DNA of 38,316 nucleotides. Origin: Pirellulales bacterium. Its GTDB lineage: Bacteria; Planctomycetota; Planctomycetia; Pirellulales; UBA1268. The stretch covers positions 1-38,316 of the forward strand of contig JBDOMQ010000406.1 in NCBI GenBank assembly GCA_039831725.1, read 5' to 3'. The position numbers and the translations under genes were made by a program. Positions 20,501-27,117 of this stretch are shown here, one piece after another (the first letter of the stretch is position 1; each line of letters begins with the position of its first letter). Under the pieces are notes generated by a model. It saw only the letters and a program-made list of their open reading frames with translations, was not told where the DNA came from and made no database searches.

Positions 20501-21048
20501 CCATCTGGTTTCCATAATTTATCTAGCGACTGTAATTCCTCACTTTCCTGCAACCAATCAATCGGTTGCGAGGCTGTACCTTCTTCATTAAGCCAACGGC
20601 TATTTTGAAAGCGTGCCTCTCCTGGAAAGACCTCAATTGCTCCACCTAGATCGGGCAACCGCACAGAAACATCTCCGAGGAGCGCTCCTGATTCATCGAG
20701 CTTCATTTCGTAGAGGACGTATTCGGCAACCGGGCGAGGTGCTTCAAAAGCACGCTTCGCATCGAGTGGTAACAGTCGCTGGACAACCGTATCAAATTCA
20801 TCGACGGCCATTGGGATGTAGCGTGTCTCATCACGAATGACCTCGGAAAGACGACCGGAAGGCACGTACACACGAGAGAAGGACAGACCGCCATTTTCAA
20901 CTCGGCCAACAGGGCCTTCCCTGGCTTCATCGACATCTGCTCCATATAAAAAATCACCTTGCCTCACACTGTATCTGCAAAGAAAAAAAATAAGTACTAC
21001 GAGAAGTAGTCGCCAAAATGGTATGTGAAAACAATATTTTTTGCACAT
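14527..21048 (-). CDS. giant membrane protein (about 2173-2176 aa), two tandem ectodomain modules, unknown function
   Basis: This is an uninterrupted 6.5-kb ORF, open to a GTG at 21057. I favour the ATG at 21048 (MCKKYCF..), with GGAG 11 nt upstream. It has an N-terminal anchor (FWRLLLVVLIFFLC), an ectodomain of about 1040 aa, four hydrophobic helices at residues 1071-1168, a second ectodomain of about 880 aa, three C-terminal TM helices (residues 2050-2125) and a 51-aa S/T/G-rich tail. I saw no catalytic or known repeat motif. Confidence 0.9.
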   Translation of the reverse strand: MCKKYCFHIPFWRLLLVVLIFFLCRYSVRQGDFLYGADVDEAREGPVGRVENGGLSFSRVYVPSGRLSEVIRDETRYIPMAVDEFDTVVQRLLPLDAKRAFEAPRPVAEYVLYEMKLDESGALLGDVSVRLPDLGGAIEVFPGEARFQNSRWLNEEGTASQPIDWLQESEELQSLDKLWKPDGVPVNLFGKPDGSIDFQAPGAGRLFANLRVLPVRTERSLNRGFSSSVGQSSFLFPRVPSLSTTLVLDLPETVVPMVVGNVPITDTVDDNELASDEFCRWRYKFGPRRSIDVTLSPRRTNRCSVWSSISIGERTVEIGSIILPETVWSERSVRLKIDKQVTIMSAQAYGDGPNQMRRSNAVDVRHESDDTISLRLPATLIGTNARILLRSVISSIHKEKESFQLPGVAIDAELWVGGGFFIDVENTLQVSDVVVGNCLAVAPEKAVEWPKVANFSTGSLDGFASQRSESGFAFEQQDADGSCGVSVMKRQPDFDVARVTTVDVSSASLIGRAACDIYVRRGSVHSIVGRIGKEWFIDSVEPLIAEDTVAERGDAAEQVIPDRVQRDVGNVVGGYEWKVVRGKNDDQLILDFPQAIHDGERLRIRITGHRRGVPAGGQIRSTDADMIQLVGEISGQAWVDLRTSPETTLVKIKGPENEVLFEPRLTLLAEQGVWRQRVPVGRLATPNVFRFLRRRPPLEVFAQSQFTVRGDQLSETYSFLCQAFQGELDAVTVHFSEPVGNLDWSILSDNETTTIARRLNTTESNVGAESDSTERSLKESWLVELNPPVTGAVTLRATGKQQFKEQTALPLVWVESAVATQGRISIQAARGSRPSVLNHCLVQLPPLADQSILPIQSVVELLYDGSTLAQTGPSVEILPAPDSVQSVARAWVWRESSRVRCYASANAEYETTFIIENDGRQSVTVSLPEGHRLIGLEVQGESIPLQSSNVREFPVYLPSGRQRVFVTVHTAVVADFFQGIWKLSSVVPAVDAPTLTREMQLDLPKNVRLVEVPSGYTEIFQQDTDWVERLSGLSQRESWFAKTSLRAASSTFNSRWFVPTSGRYQPRFFLLVNRWLLAVSALGVAAAATLLSLAFFWRSAWLLVASVVVASVAALWVPSPFDLIARASLWGILAAAGFRIWIYGRAKKQMSFVFLVCMSSGVCSYGSEVPVQVFLTPVDGETTALVPEPLYRVLAGTGASQSSGVHILNSRIELPSAPGSATQNDDEVWRLKLLVQTDSADVLLLDQSAAGGRFGDEPFLLDGGSLSASLSADRKQARLLLPAGGRHSLVIPLEPVRTRRGDVEACEICLPRSPQTVVAMMPSAEMANSRGQRRGFQCEWSTGQGIFQPAQETVSLDSRLQSFRVPPADRLRVIQPLDRKETLTIRVPESESRNQMSWTPNGIVLTAEFMIDGGDAILPTFWIQADPRLVLDQGQEKVDAPHITGEFEVQSLGRGIYRVDRTEPSREKITFQMVFRMPLINHIGKYELPYAWIRGVGRDTRESVLVGNPGISYNVQFPEAVAPPQVNELGDGTLQWVTELIESVNESFSEDSSTDFSGDGVDVSRQPFVLRRQTAYVEVNREQTPLRGTQIEEIVEGVDKNHLVFEATIDSSQTAWIKDRVSIPDGYRLESCQVFENKKVSTSSQKERPLDIFLLKEKQNVYRVVLQQPRSGIFLLRVQATSNARLPRKGVLPLVQSASAVGFPYSVIWRDVGQRDNITIFDDQHVSELGMAQEKLLDESSRGLLAMRLSEKNQSDVWRVELPSDDPIWLYQSDIKPQQALVERPESVLTNTDVEPIAVVDSSLAVPLIDIEVIVDERGRISGVCCIELPRTASEVRVRVPAGFRVYEMLLDGQQIQPQRPRRDSSSEVWAVPVGADSWPHELVFVFVGEFETTTMKGEPVSLALPSVVGMPVEKVLWTINHPRSRVIRFAGLGDVLNENESREIRMNVQTEIDELIATISPALPKGVGTRLNEFRLSRRKQYGVPPLEDWVSSAPGMSGVGSTARQFSSTFLTSSRWKKLIIQPQTTRAAVTIRFAAPPLSRAGRAVATLVVLVLGVWGCWGIVKFADEMLSLANRWWPAIACVLAVGWIIYREPAWPGFMLLLLSAGAGLGRLIQVYTRLDLNSLAVDQPTVQYGAGHGVSVSSSTQIVGSVNESSTITHYESEKGAGPGP
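14683..14910 (-). other. C-terminal 3-TM bundle of the 2176-aa protein
   Basis: AVATLVVLVLGVWGCWGIV / WWPAIACVLAVGWIIY / WPGFMLLLLSAGAGLGRLI, followed by the hydrophilic tail DLNSLAVDQPTVQYGAGHGVSVSSSTQIVGSVNESSTITHYESEKGAGPGP. Confidence 0.65.
17554..17850 (-). other. internal inter-module junction of the 2176-aa protein (3 TM + basic loop + signal-anchor-like helix)
   Basis: Residues 1070-1168: RFFLLVNRWLLAVSALGVAAAATLLSLAFFW / AWLLVASVVVASVAALWV / ASLWGILAAAGFRIWIY / GRAKKQ / MSFVFLVCMSSGVCSY. Confidence 0.65.
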
Positions 21049-21056
21049 ATGTACCA

Positions 21057-24000
21057 CTACTCCGTTTCAGCTCTTGACTGAGACGACGCAGCGGGAACAA
21101 CCGTCTGCGCAGTAGATGGCTTCATATTAATAACGAGTGACTCTTGAGGCGGGACGTTATTTGATCCCGATTGCTTCATCTCCCACGACTCCGGCTCATA
21201 CGTGCCTTGAGCACGACTCTTGGGCAGAAGACGCCACCAACTAGTGACTCCGGCTGGGACAGCAAGCGCGAGACCGGGCAGACTTGCTCTCAGAACGCAA
21301 AGTGTAATTGTTGGCCCAATTGCCATGCCACCAATGAAGACGACAGACGCTCCGACCAAAACCACTGTTACCAATCTGGGGAGGACGGTTAATACGACAC
21401 CGACTGCAAGTGGAATTCCACTTGCTATGAGCACAAGTAACCACCGAGGGAAAAGAAAAACACCCACATCAGCAGGACTTCCCATATCGCAGAACACCCG
21501 CCTGTGTTCAATAAAATCTCTTGGCACAGACAGCCAACCAGACCCTAGTCTTCCCTGCGTCTTCGACTGTGGATTCGCAGCCGCAGTTACCCATGATGCC
21601 AGGTCTTGCACTGAAACAGCTGGCTTTTGGTTCAAACTTGGACTACTCCAGTCCCAAACTTGTTGGCTTGTCCACCCTCGGGGACCCCATAGAAGTTCGG
21701 ACCCATCTGGTACCAAGATTTCCCAGACAACACGGCTATACAACGAGGACGACGGCATCGCAGAACTTTGGAAGTCGATCCAAGCGAGGCCGTTGATCGC
21801 TCCCTTAAATAAACTTTCTTTCCGTGGTTGACGAACTTCTACTTCAACAAGATGAGTTCCTCGTGTCTGACCTAAGTCGAGATTGACTCTTCCTGTAGCT
21901 TCGTCCGCGGCACTCCACGGTGAATTATTGACCCGAGCTCTCGCTATTCGATTGCCTAGCACCTCACCATTTTCATTCTCATCTTCCGTCAAAACAGGCA
22001 GGGTAAGTGTCAAAGCATCAGAGGAACTTGTCACAGCAAACGCCCATTGATCAGTCCTCATTGGGCCCCGAAGTGTCGTTCGCACCCAGGTCGCCTCCAC
22101 GACAGTTTCACCAAGCAAAGTCCTCTGACTTTGGCTTACTGCTATGTCGATTGCCGCTTGCCCCTGAGAGGCGTTCCATGTTCTACCGAGCCCTATTGTC
22201 TGCAGATTCCCTTCTCGATTCCACCGGTCGTCGCGTACGTCGACATTCAGTTCTTCGATAGAAGAAAGAGTGACTGATTGACGAGCAACAACCGCACCCT
22301 TTGGAAGCAGGAGAGGAATAGATACCGGAACTGTTGCCTCTTCTGGTATCTCCGGCATGAGTTGGCTATACCGCGTTACAAGTTCGCCACTCCCGAACAA
22401 TGGATTGGGCAACAGGACTCGAACAATACGCCAGGAACGCTCACCGTCATCAATTTCAGCACCTGCCCCCAACTCATTATTGTTCAATTCATCTCCACCC
22501 AAATCATCGACTCCAGATGATCTACTGATAACTTCTGGAGTCAACAACTCACCATTGAAACGAGCCTCGATGGCACCTGCCTCAACCACGCTTTGAGGCA
22601 CCATCCACTCAATGAATTGAAGCGGGACGTGGGCTACGTTTATACGGGTTGCCTGCTGTACAACCACCTGCCGCAAACCGACGTCCACTTGCGCGGTGAT
22701 CGATGCGTCAATCTGTTGGTCAAGAATACGGCGTGTTGCCACAAAAGTTGCCTTATCGGCCTGAACCCGATACGACATTCTCGACAAATCAACCGTTGGG
22801 CTATTCAACTGTGACAAGACTTGTCGGCTCATGCCTACAATTCGTTCCGTATCCGGAACGAGTTCAATATCACTCTCGGAAGTAATTCCTACACTTGCAG
22901 GTCCAACAAGATCGGCTTTTGGAACAGGTGTGGTCCACTGCACCTCCTCACTAGCCGGATCGAGTTGACGGCTGCATTGCAGTTCAACCACCACCTCTCC
23001 GGCTATTGGCTTAAGGAATGGAACAGTAACCACCCCGGAAGACTCTGACACAGATGCACTATCAACAACACCGGGAGGACCGACTCCCTCAATTTTCCAG
23101 CCAGGTGCCAAGATATCTAGTTGCTTTGCTGCAACACCACGAACAACAGCTTGCAGACGAATCGATAACTCCAACCTGTTTCTGGTGACGTGGAAGATAT
23201 ATTCAGGCTCCACTACTAATTGACTTCTCCGTGGAAGCACTTGTAACGGCAGTGACATAGGCTGCGAGTCGAATGCAAATGCCGCGACAAACCCTTCCTG
23301 TGAAAGAGTTGCAGACGCATCAGTTTGTCTATTCCCGGATCGAGGTTCCCACTCGACAGTCCAGTCTTCATCAGTAAAGACACTCACCTGACCCCACTGC
23401 CGCCATAGTGGGATTTCGTCAATAGAAAAACCACCAACATCTATTCGGTCTTCGCTAGAAGTATCGATTGCTCGCTCACAAACAAGCTCAAAAGAAGCAT
23501 TCCCATCTTTTGTTTTATCAACCCGAACAACAACTTGCGGCCTTGAAGGAGAACCTCCGCGGCTGAGTATTTTTGCGGCATTTCCCACTGACCGAACAAC
23601 TGAACGGGAAGGTAGTCGGATAGTAAAAAGCCCCTCATTTTTAGCAAGATTCGTCAGAGAAAATCCGGCTGTTATCTCTGCCAATCGACCATCTACTCGA
23701 ACAACACTTTCAACTCTAGACTCAGCAATCTGCCGAACAGGAACATTTCCTATTTGAGACTCCTCTAACTGGAGTCGTGTGGGCCCGACCGCACCACGAA
23801 TCTCTACGATACTTCCTGCTGTGTCGTCCTCGCCATCGATCAGCTGTGTGGTAGGCGTGATGACACCGGCGTTAATTTTGACCAGAGGATCACGTCGCTG
23901 TGTTTCTACTGATATTTTTGAGTCTGTAGCAGCTGGTAAAGTAAAGCTCAACTGATCACGATCAAGTGACACGTCCACCGGAACCTGACCTTTCAGCACA

Positions 24001-24740
24001 ATCGTATGAGGCCTTCCACCTTCTCGCCTCTTCACTGAGTCAGTCTCCTGCCCTTCATTCTGCTCATTAATCCAGACAAGGAAGCCTTTGTCTAAGATGG
24101 ATTGTGGCTCGAAGACACCTTGCCGAAGAGATGGTTGATTGGAGGCCCTGTCGGTCTTGCTATCTACTGGTGATGGATCAATTGTGACCACAACCTCACC
24201 ATTTCCAACAACTTCAGGTGGCTTCGCAAGAATAAGTTCGGGGAGTTTCAACGGCAGCATACCCCATCCTGAGCGAGTACTCCGGACGACACACTCCACA
24301 TCGACGTCAGCATGCGTAACGTTGCTCCCGGCTGGAGCCGGCAAACGTATTTTCATTCGGAGTTGCTCAAGGACGACTCCCGGCGTCTCTGCCTGAGCCG
24401 GCAAACCATCTCGCAATCGGACAAGGTCCACAAAGTCTCGATAGCGAAATCCTGGAACAGGAATCAAACGACCTAAATCGTCCTCCACGTAATACAGGTT
24501 CGGTTCTACTTGTCTCACTTCTCGTGCCACAGGCCCCGCCTGATCATCACGAACCTCTTCTCCGAGACATGAAATACTCACCACCAGAAGCCCTACAAGG
24601 CCACGAAAAACAGAGCCAACTAATTGCCGGGCTTTAGGCAGGCAGGAGTACAACCACCTGTGTAGCACACATCTCACAACAACTCGCAAGTGAGTTGTGC
24701 ACACGTTATTTTGCTCAGTGATTCGTCTGGCTGTGGCCAA
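21057..24740 (-). CDS. giant membrane protein (up to 1227 aa), single ectodomain module, paralogous to the first half of the downstream 2176-aa protein
   Basis: This is an uninterrupted 3.7-kb ORF. It has a signal/anchor segment (LVGSVFRGLVGLLVVSISCLG, residues 40-60), an ectodomain of about 1030 aa, three TM helices (residues 1092-1172) and a 55-aa hydrophilic tail. The first in-frame ATG is codon 129, so the start must be TTG or GTG (24740, 24704, 24689, 24677, 24668 or 24653). The exact 5' end is uncertain. Confidence 0.85.
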   Translation of the reverse strand: MATARRITEQNNVCTTHLRVVVRCVLHRWLYSCLPKARQLVGSVFRGLVGLLVVSISCLGEEVRDDQAGPVAREVRQVEPNLYYVEDDLGRLIPVPGFRYRDFVDLVRLRDGLPAQAETPGVVLEQLRMKIRLPAPAGSNVTHADVDVECVVRSTRSGWGMLPLKLPELILAKPPEVVGNGEVVVTIDPSPVDSKTDRASNQPSLRQGVFEPQSILDKGFLVWINEQNEGQETDSVKRREGGRPHTIVLKGQVPVDVSLDRDQLSFTLPAATDSKISVETQRRDPLVKINAGVITPTTQLIDGEDDTAGSIVEIRGAVGPTRLQLEESQIGNVPVRQIAESRVESVVRVDGRLAEITAGFSLTNLAKNEGLFTIRLPSRSVVRSVGNAAKILSRGGSPSRPQVVVRVDKTKDGNASFELVCERAIDTSSEDRIDVGGFSIDEIPLWRQWGQVSVFTDEDWTVEWEPRSGNRQTDASATLSQEGFVAAFAFDSQPMSLPLQVLPRRSQLVVEPEYIFHVTRNRLELSIRLQAVVRGVAAKQLDILAPGWKIEGVGPPGVVDSASVSESSGVVTVPFLKPIAGEVVVELQCSRQLDPASEEVQWTTPVPKADLVGPASVGITSESDIELVPDTERIVGMSRQVLSQLNSPTVDLSRMSYRVQADKATFVATRRILDQQIDASITAQVDVGLRQVVVQQATRINVAHVPLQFIEWMVPQSVVEAGAIEARFNGELLTPEVISRSSGVDDLGGDELNNNELGAGAEIDDGERSWRIVRVLLPNPLFGSGELVTRYSQLMPEIPEEATVPVSIPLLLPKGAVVARQSVTLSSIEELNVDVRDDRWNREGNLQTIGLGRTWNASQGQAAIDIAVSQSQRTLLGETVVEATWVRTTLRGPMRTDQWAFAVTSSSDALTLTLPVLTEDENENGEVLGNRIARARVNNSPWSAADEATGRVNLDLGQTRGTHLVEVEVRQPRKESLFKGAINGLAWIDFQSSAMPSSSLYSRVVWEILVPDGSELLWGPRGWTSQQVWDWSSPSLNQKPAVSVQDLASWVTAAANPQSKTQGRLGSGWLSVPRDFIEHRRVFCDMGSPADVGVFLFPRWLLVLIASGIPLAVGVVLTVLPRLVTVVLVGASVVFIGGMAIGPTITLCVLRASLPGLALAVPAGVTSWWRLLPKSRAQGTYEPESWEMKQSGSNNVPPQESLVINMKPSTAQTVVPAASSQSRAETE
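21225..21467 (-). other. C-terminal 3-TM bundle of the 1227-aa protein
   Basis: VGVFLFPRWLLVLIASGIPLAVGVVLTVL / RLVTVVLVGASVVFIGGMAIGPTITLCVL / ASLPGLALAVPAGVTSWW, then the tail PKSRAQGTYEPESWEMKQSGSNNVPPQESLVINMKPSTAQTVVPAASSQSRAETE. Confidence 0.65.
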
Positions 24741-24949
24741 GGCCCGGCTACTTCCCTGTTTTGTGCAATAAGAAAGAATGATGCTACAGACACCTATTCG
24801 TATGATAGTTTTTAACGGTTGCGCAAACTTCTACCTATTATCAACCTACAACGACTTGAACCCCAAAGACCAGCGAAACCCCGTTTTTCAAGGAGTTCAA
24901 GGCCGATCGATCACGCATAAGTGACATGAACGCTATTGTCGGCGCACTC

Positions 24950-25783
24950 TTACCCAGTGAGGAGATCACGGAGCCCAGTCGCAACCCGTTGATTGGCTGC
25001 AGCAACAAATGCCGGACGATCCAGCGACACGGTTGCCTGCACCGGAAGTTCGCAGGAATCTTCTGGGTGTCGACAGGGCACCACCACCGCCCCTGCCTCT
25101 GCAGCAATCAATAACCCAGCAGCGACATCCCAGCATGCAATTCGACGCACCCAAAAGCCATCAAGTCTGCCTGCCGCCAGATACGCCAAATTAATCGCAG
25201 TGGAGCCAGTCCTGCGTACGGAGTGGACATGTGGCACAATCGAAAGAAAATCCGCCACTGCAACGGACTCACGATCTACGTGCGGCGGAAAACTCACCGC
25301 AACAAGCGCATCGGAAAGGTGTGGTGGATCCGTAGTTCGAAGAACCGTGTTTTCAAGTCGAGCTCCCCCACCACGAATGGCTGTGAAGCACTCATCTGCA
25401 ACCGGGTCATAAATTGCCCCGGCTAGAATTTCATCACGATAGGCGAGCGCTACTGAAACACAATAAGCTGGAAAGCCATGAACATAATTGCTCGTACCAT
25501 CAAGCGGGTCCACCATCCAACGCAGTGAAGAACTGGCGGAATCTTGAGCACCCTCTTCTCCAATAAATCCATGATCTGGAAATCTACTCAAAAGAATTTC
25601 ACGGATTGTTTTCTGAGAAGCAAGATCCGCCTCAGTAACAAGATCTCTCGGACCCTTTGTAGAGACAGCAAATCGTCCACGCCAGTCGCGAAGCACGTCA
25701 CCTCCTGCGCGTGCCGCAACCTCTGCAAACTCGCCAAACTCATTCAGCTGTTCTACCGTACTAATTTCTGAGGGGACATTCAT
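24950..25783 (-). CDS. suhB: inositol monophosphatase family protein (SuhB-like)
   Basis: Contains FIGEEG and WMVDPLDGTSNYVHGFPAYCVSVAL, the IMPase motifs, and the later WDVAAG. I prefer the ATG at 25783 (MNVPSE..). The ORF is open to a TTG at 25795. Confidence 0.85.
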   Translation of the reverse strand: MNVPSEISTVEQLNEFGEFAEVAARAGGDVLRDWRGRFAVSTKGPRDLVTEADLASQKTIREILLSRFPDHGFIGEEGAQDSASSSLRWMVDPLDGTSNYVHGFPAYCVSVALAYRDEILAGAIYDPVADECFTAIRGGGARLENTVLRTTDPPHLSDALVAVSFPPHVDRESVAVADFLSIVPHVHSVRRTGSTAINLAYLAAGRLDGFWVRRIACWDVAAGLLIAAEAGAVVVPCRHPEDSCELPVQATVSLDRPAFVAAANQRVATGLRDLLTG

Positions 25784-26136
25784 TTGCGAACCCAATGGTG
25801 GATGTATTTGAAGAAATTTTATTTATAAAAGGCCAACGCACCAGACAGCTTCTTTGCGACCCGGCAAAGCCTCTACTCGCAGTGGCTTCACGCCTGTGGT
25901 TCAAACGCCATATCGCAAGGACACTCGAAACAAATCCGTTGCGGTCCAAACGTGAACAGACATATTGACTCCTCAGAGGATCACGTGGCATGCATAGCCT
26001 TCCCGGAGGACATCTTAAACACAGCAGAAGAACCACAAACCGTGTATAACAACATTTCGATGAATAACAAATCAACACATGCAGCACTATTTGTCACTCC
26101 TGCTGCATTCCCGTGCCAGCAGACACATTCTCCATC

Positions 26137-26964
26137 ATGAAAATCGAGTCTCCCCCTCCGTCAACAAAAAATCGGACATCTGACACGAGTGCCTCAAAAG
26201 AACATTTGCAGGCGAATCCCAAGGAACGGACACACAAACTTGGGTCGCTGACAACTCAATTGGATCTAGCGAAACCAGGATCGGGCATATCCATAAAGTC
26301 TGGTGAGTCCTCGATTTCCATACTTGGCATCTGTCTTCCTAAACAGACTCTTTCATTCAGTGATGGTTGGTTCCGGGGAAATGACGCTACTGGTGTCTAT
26401 GCTGTTAACGATGCCCGTCAGTTACAGACCAGCGGCTTATGGAGATTGCAGGGTACGTGGTGCCCGTTGAGTGACATAGAAAATTCGATTACGGCAGAAC
26501 TCATTCTCTCCAGCGAGACACTCAGAGAGAAAAGTGATGGATCTCTTGCCGTTGAAAATTCATTCCTGGCAACATCGGCGCAAACAGGAAGATGGTCCAC
26601 CAACTCATTCCACTGGGAACGAGAGACGCTAGGATCGCGTGAGTACTGGAGCAAAAAATCTGGCCAAACCATAACGGTTCAATGTTTTGTATTCCAACTC
26701 CCAGGCTTTGAACACACGATCGCATTGTTTACCCGAAGTGACGAAATTCACCACACGGCGTTGACATCCTCACCTGCCGGAGATTGTCATGGCTCAGCGA
26801 CACACAAATACGTGCTGAAAAGCTATTTTTTTCCGACAATCATTGAGAAGGGAGTGCTCCATCGCGGTCGAATACTGGCCGTTCTGGGACCATCTCAGTC
26901 TGAAAAAGACTGGTGCACGGCGGCTGCCGAAGCATTTGCACACCAGCCACCTCTTTTGCAGTAG
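26137..26964 (+). CDS. hypothetical protein, no recognisable motifs
   Basis: 275-aa ORF from the ATG at 26137 (283 aa from the GTG at 26113). It is on the same strand as the downstream YhaO/YhaN-like pair and 153 nt upstream of it. It has no TM segment and no motif that I recognise. Coding status rests on ORF length and the absence of a competing frame. Confidence 0.45.
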   Translation: MKIESPPPSTKNRTSDTSASKEHLQANPKERTHKLGSLTTQLDLAKPGSGISIKSGESSISILGICLPKQTLSFSDGWFRGNDATGVYAVNDARQLQTSGLWRLQGTWCPLSDIENSITAELILSSETLREKSDGSLAVENSFLATSAQTGRWSTNSFHWERETLGSREYWSKKSGQTITVQCFVFQLPGFEHTIALFTRSDEIHHTALTSSPAGDCHGSATHKYVLKSYFFPTIIEKGVLHRGRILAVLGPSQSEKDWCTAAAEAFAHQPPLLQ

Positions 26965-27106
26965 CGGAATTCAGCGGATTGCCGGTACAGTCCCTGGTGG
27001 ATTGGTAGACCAGGTAAACCAAGTAAAGATTAGCGACGCTGACCGGCCAAGCCACTCACGGTGTTTTTTGTGAGCGCGTCGACGACAACGCGAGCCCTAC
27101 TAAGAA

Positions 27107-27114
27107 AGGAGGAG
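27107..27114 (+). promoter_or_regulatory. Shine-Dalgarno site (AGGAGGAG) for the 27118 start
   Basis: AGGAGGAG lies 3 nt before the ATG at 27118. This is why I reject the longer GTG-initiated ORF from 27061. Confidence 0.6.
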
Positions 27115-27117
27115 ACC

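Noticed and set aside
20983-20990. A8/T8 homopolymer tracts (20983..20990 in the N-terminal anchor of the 2176-aa gene; also 17760..17767 and 131..138) as possible phase-variation switches
   Set aside because: Eight bases is short for efficient slipped-strand switching. The tracts simply encode Phe-Phe or Lys-Lys in hydrophobic or charged segments, and one of them lies in the housekeeping ALDH gene. Population or long-read data would be needed to revive the idea.
17576-21831. Plus-strand ORFs antisense to the giant genes (for example 17576..17947, 20018..20455, 21220..21831, up to 203 aa)
   Set aside because: They lie entirely inside long, uninterrupted minus-strand coding frames. Their products are Arg/Ser/Thr/Pro-rich, low-complexity sequences typical of antisense translation of coding DNA. 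I saw no RBS or motifs.
25761-26087. 108-aa minus-strand ORF filling the suhB / hypothetical-gene intergenic region
   Set aside because: The product is Cys/Arg/Leu-rich with no motif. It overlaps the suhB 5' end, has no RBS, and the region is more simply a divergent promoter region.
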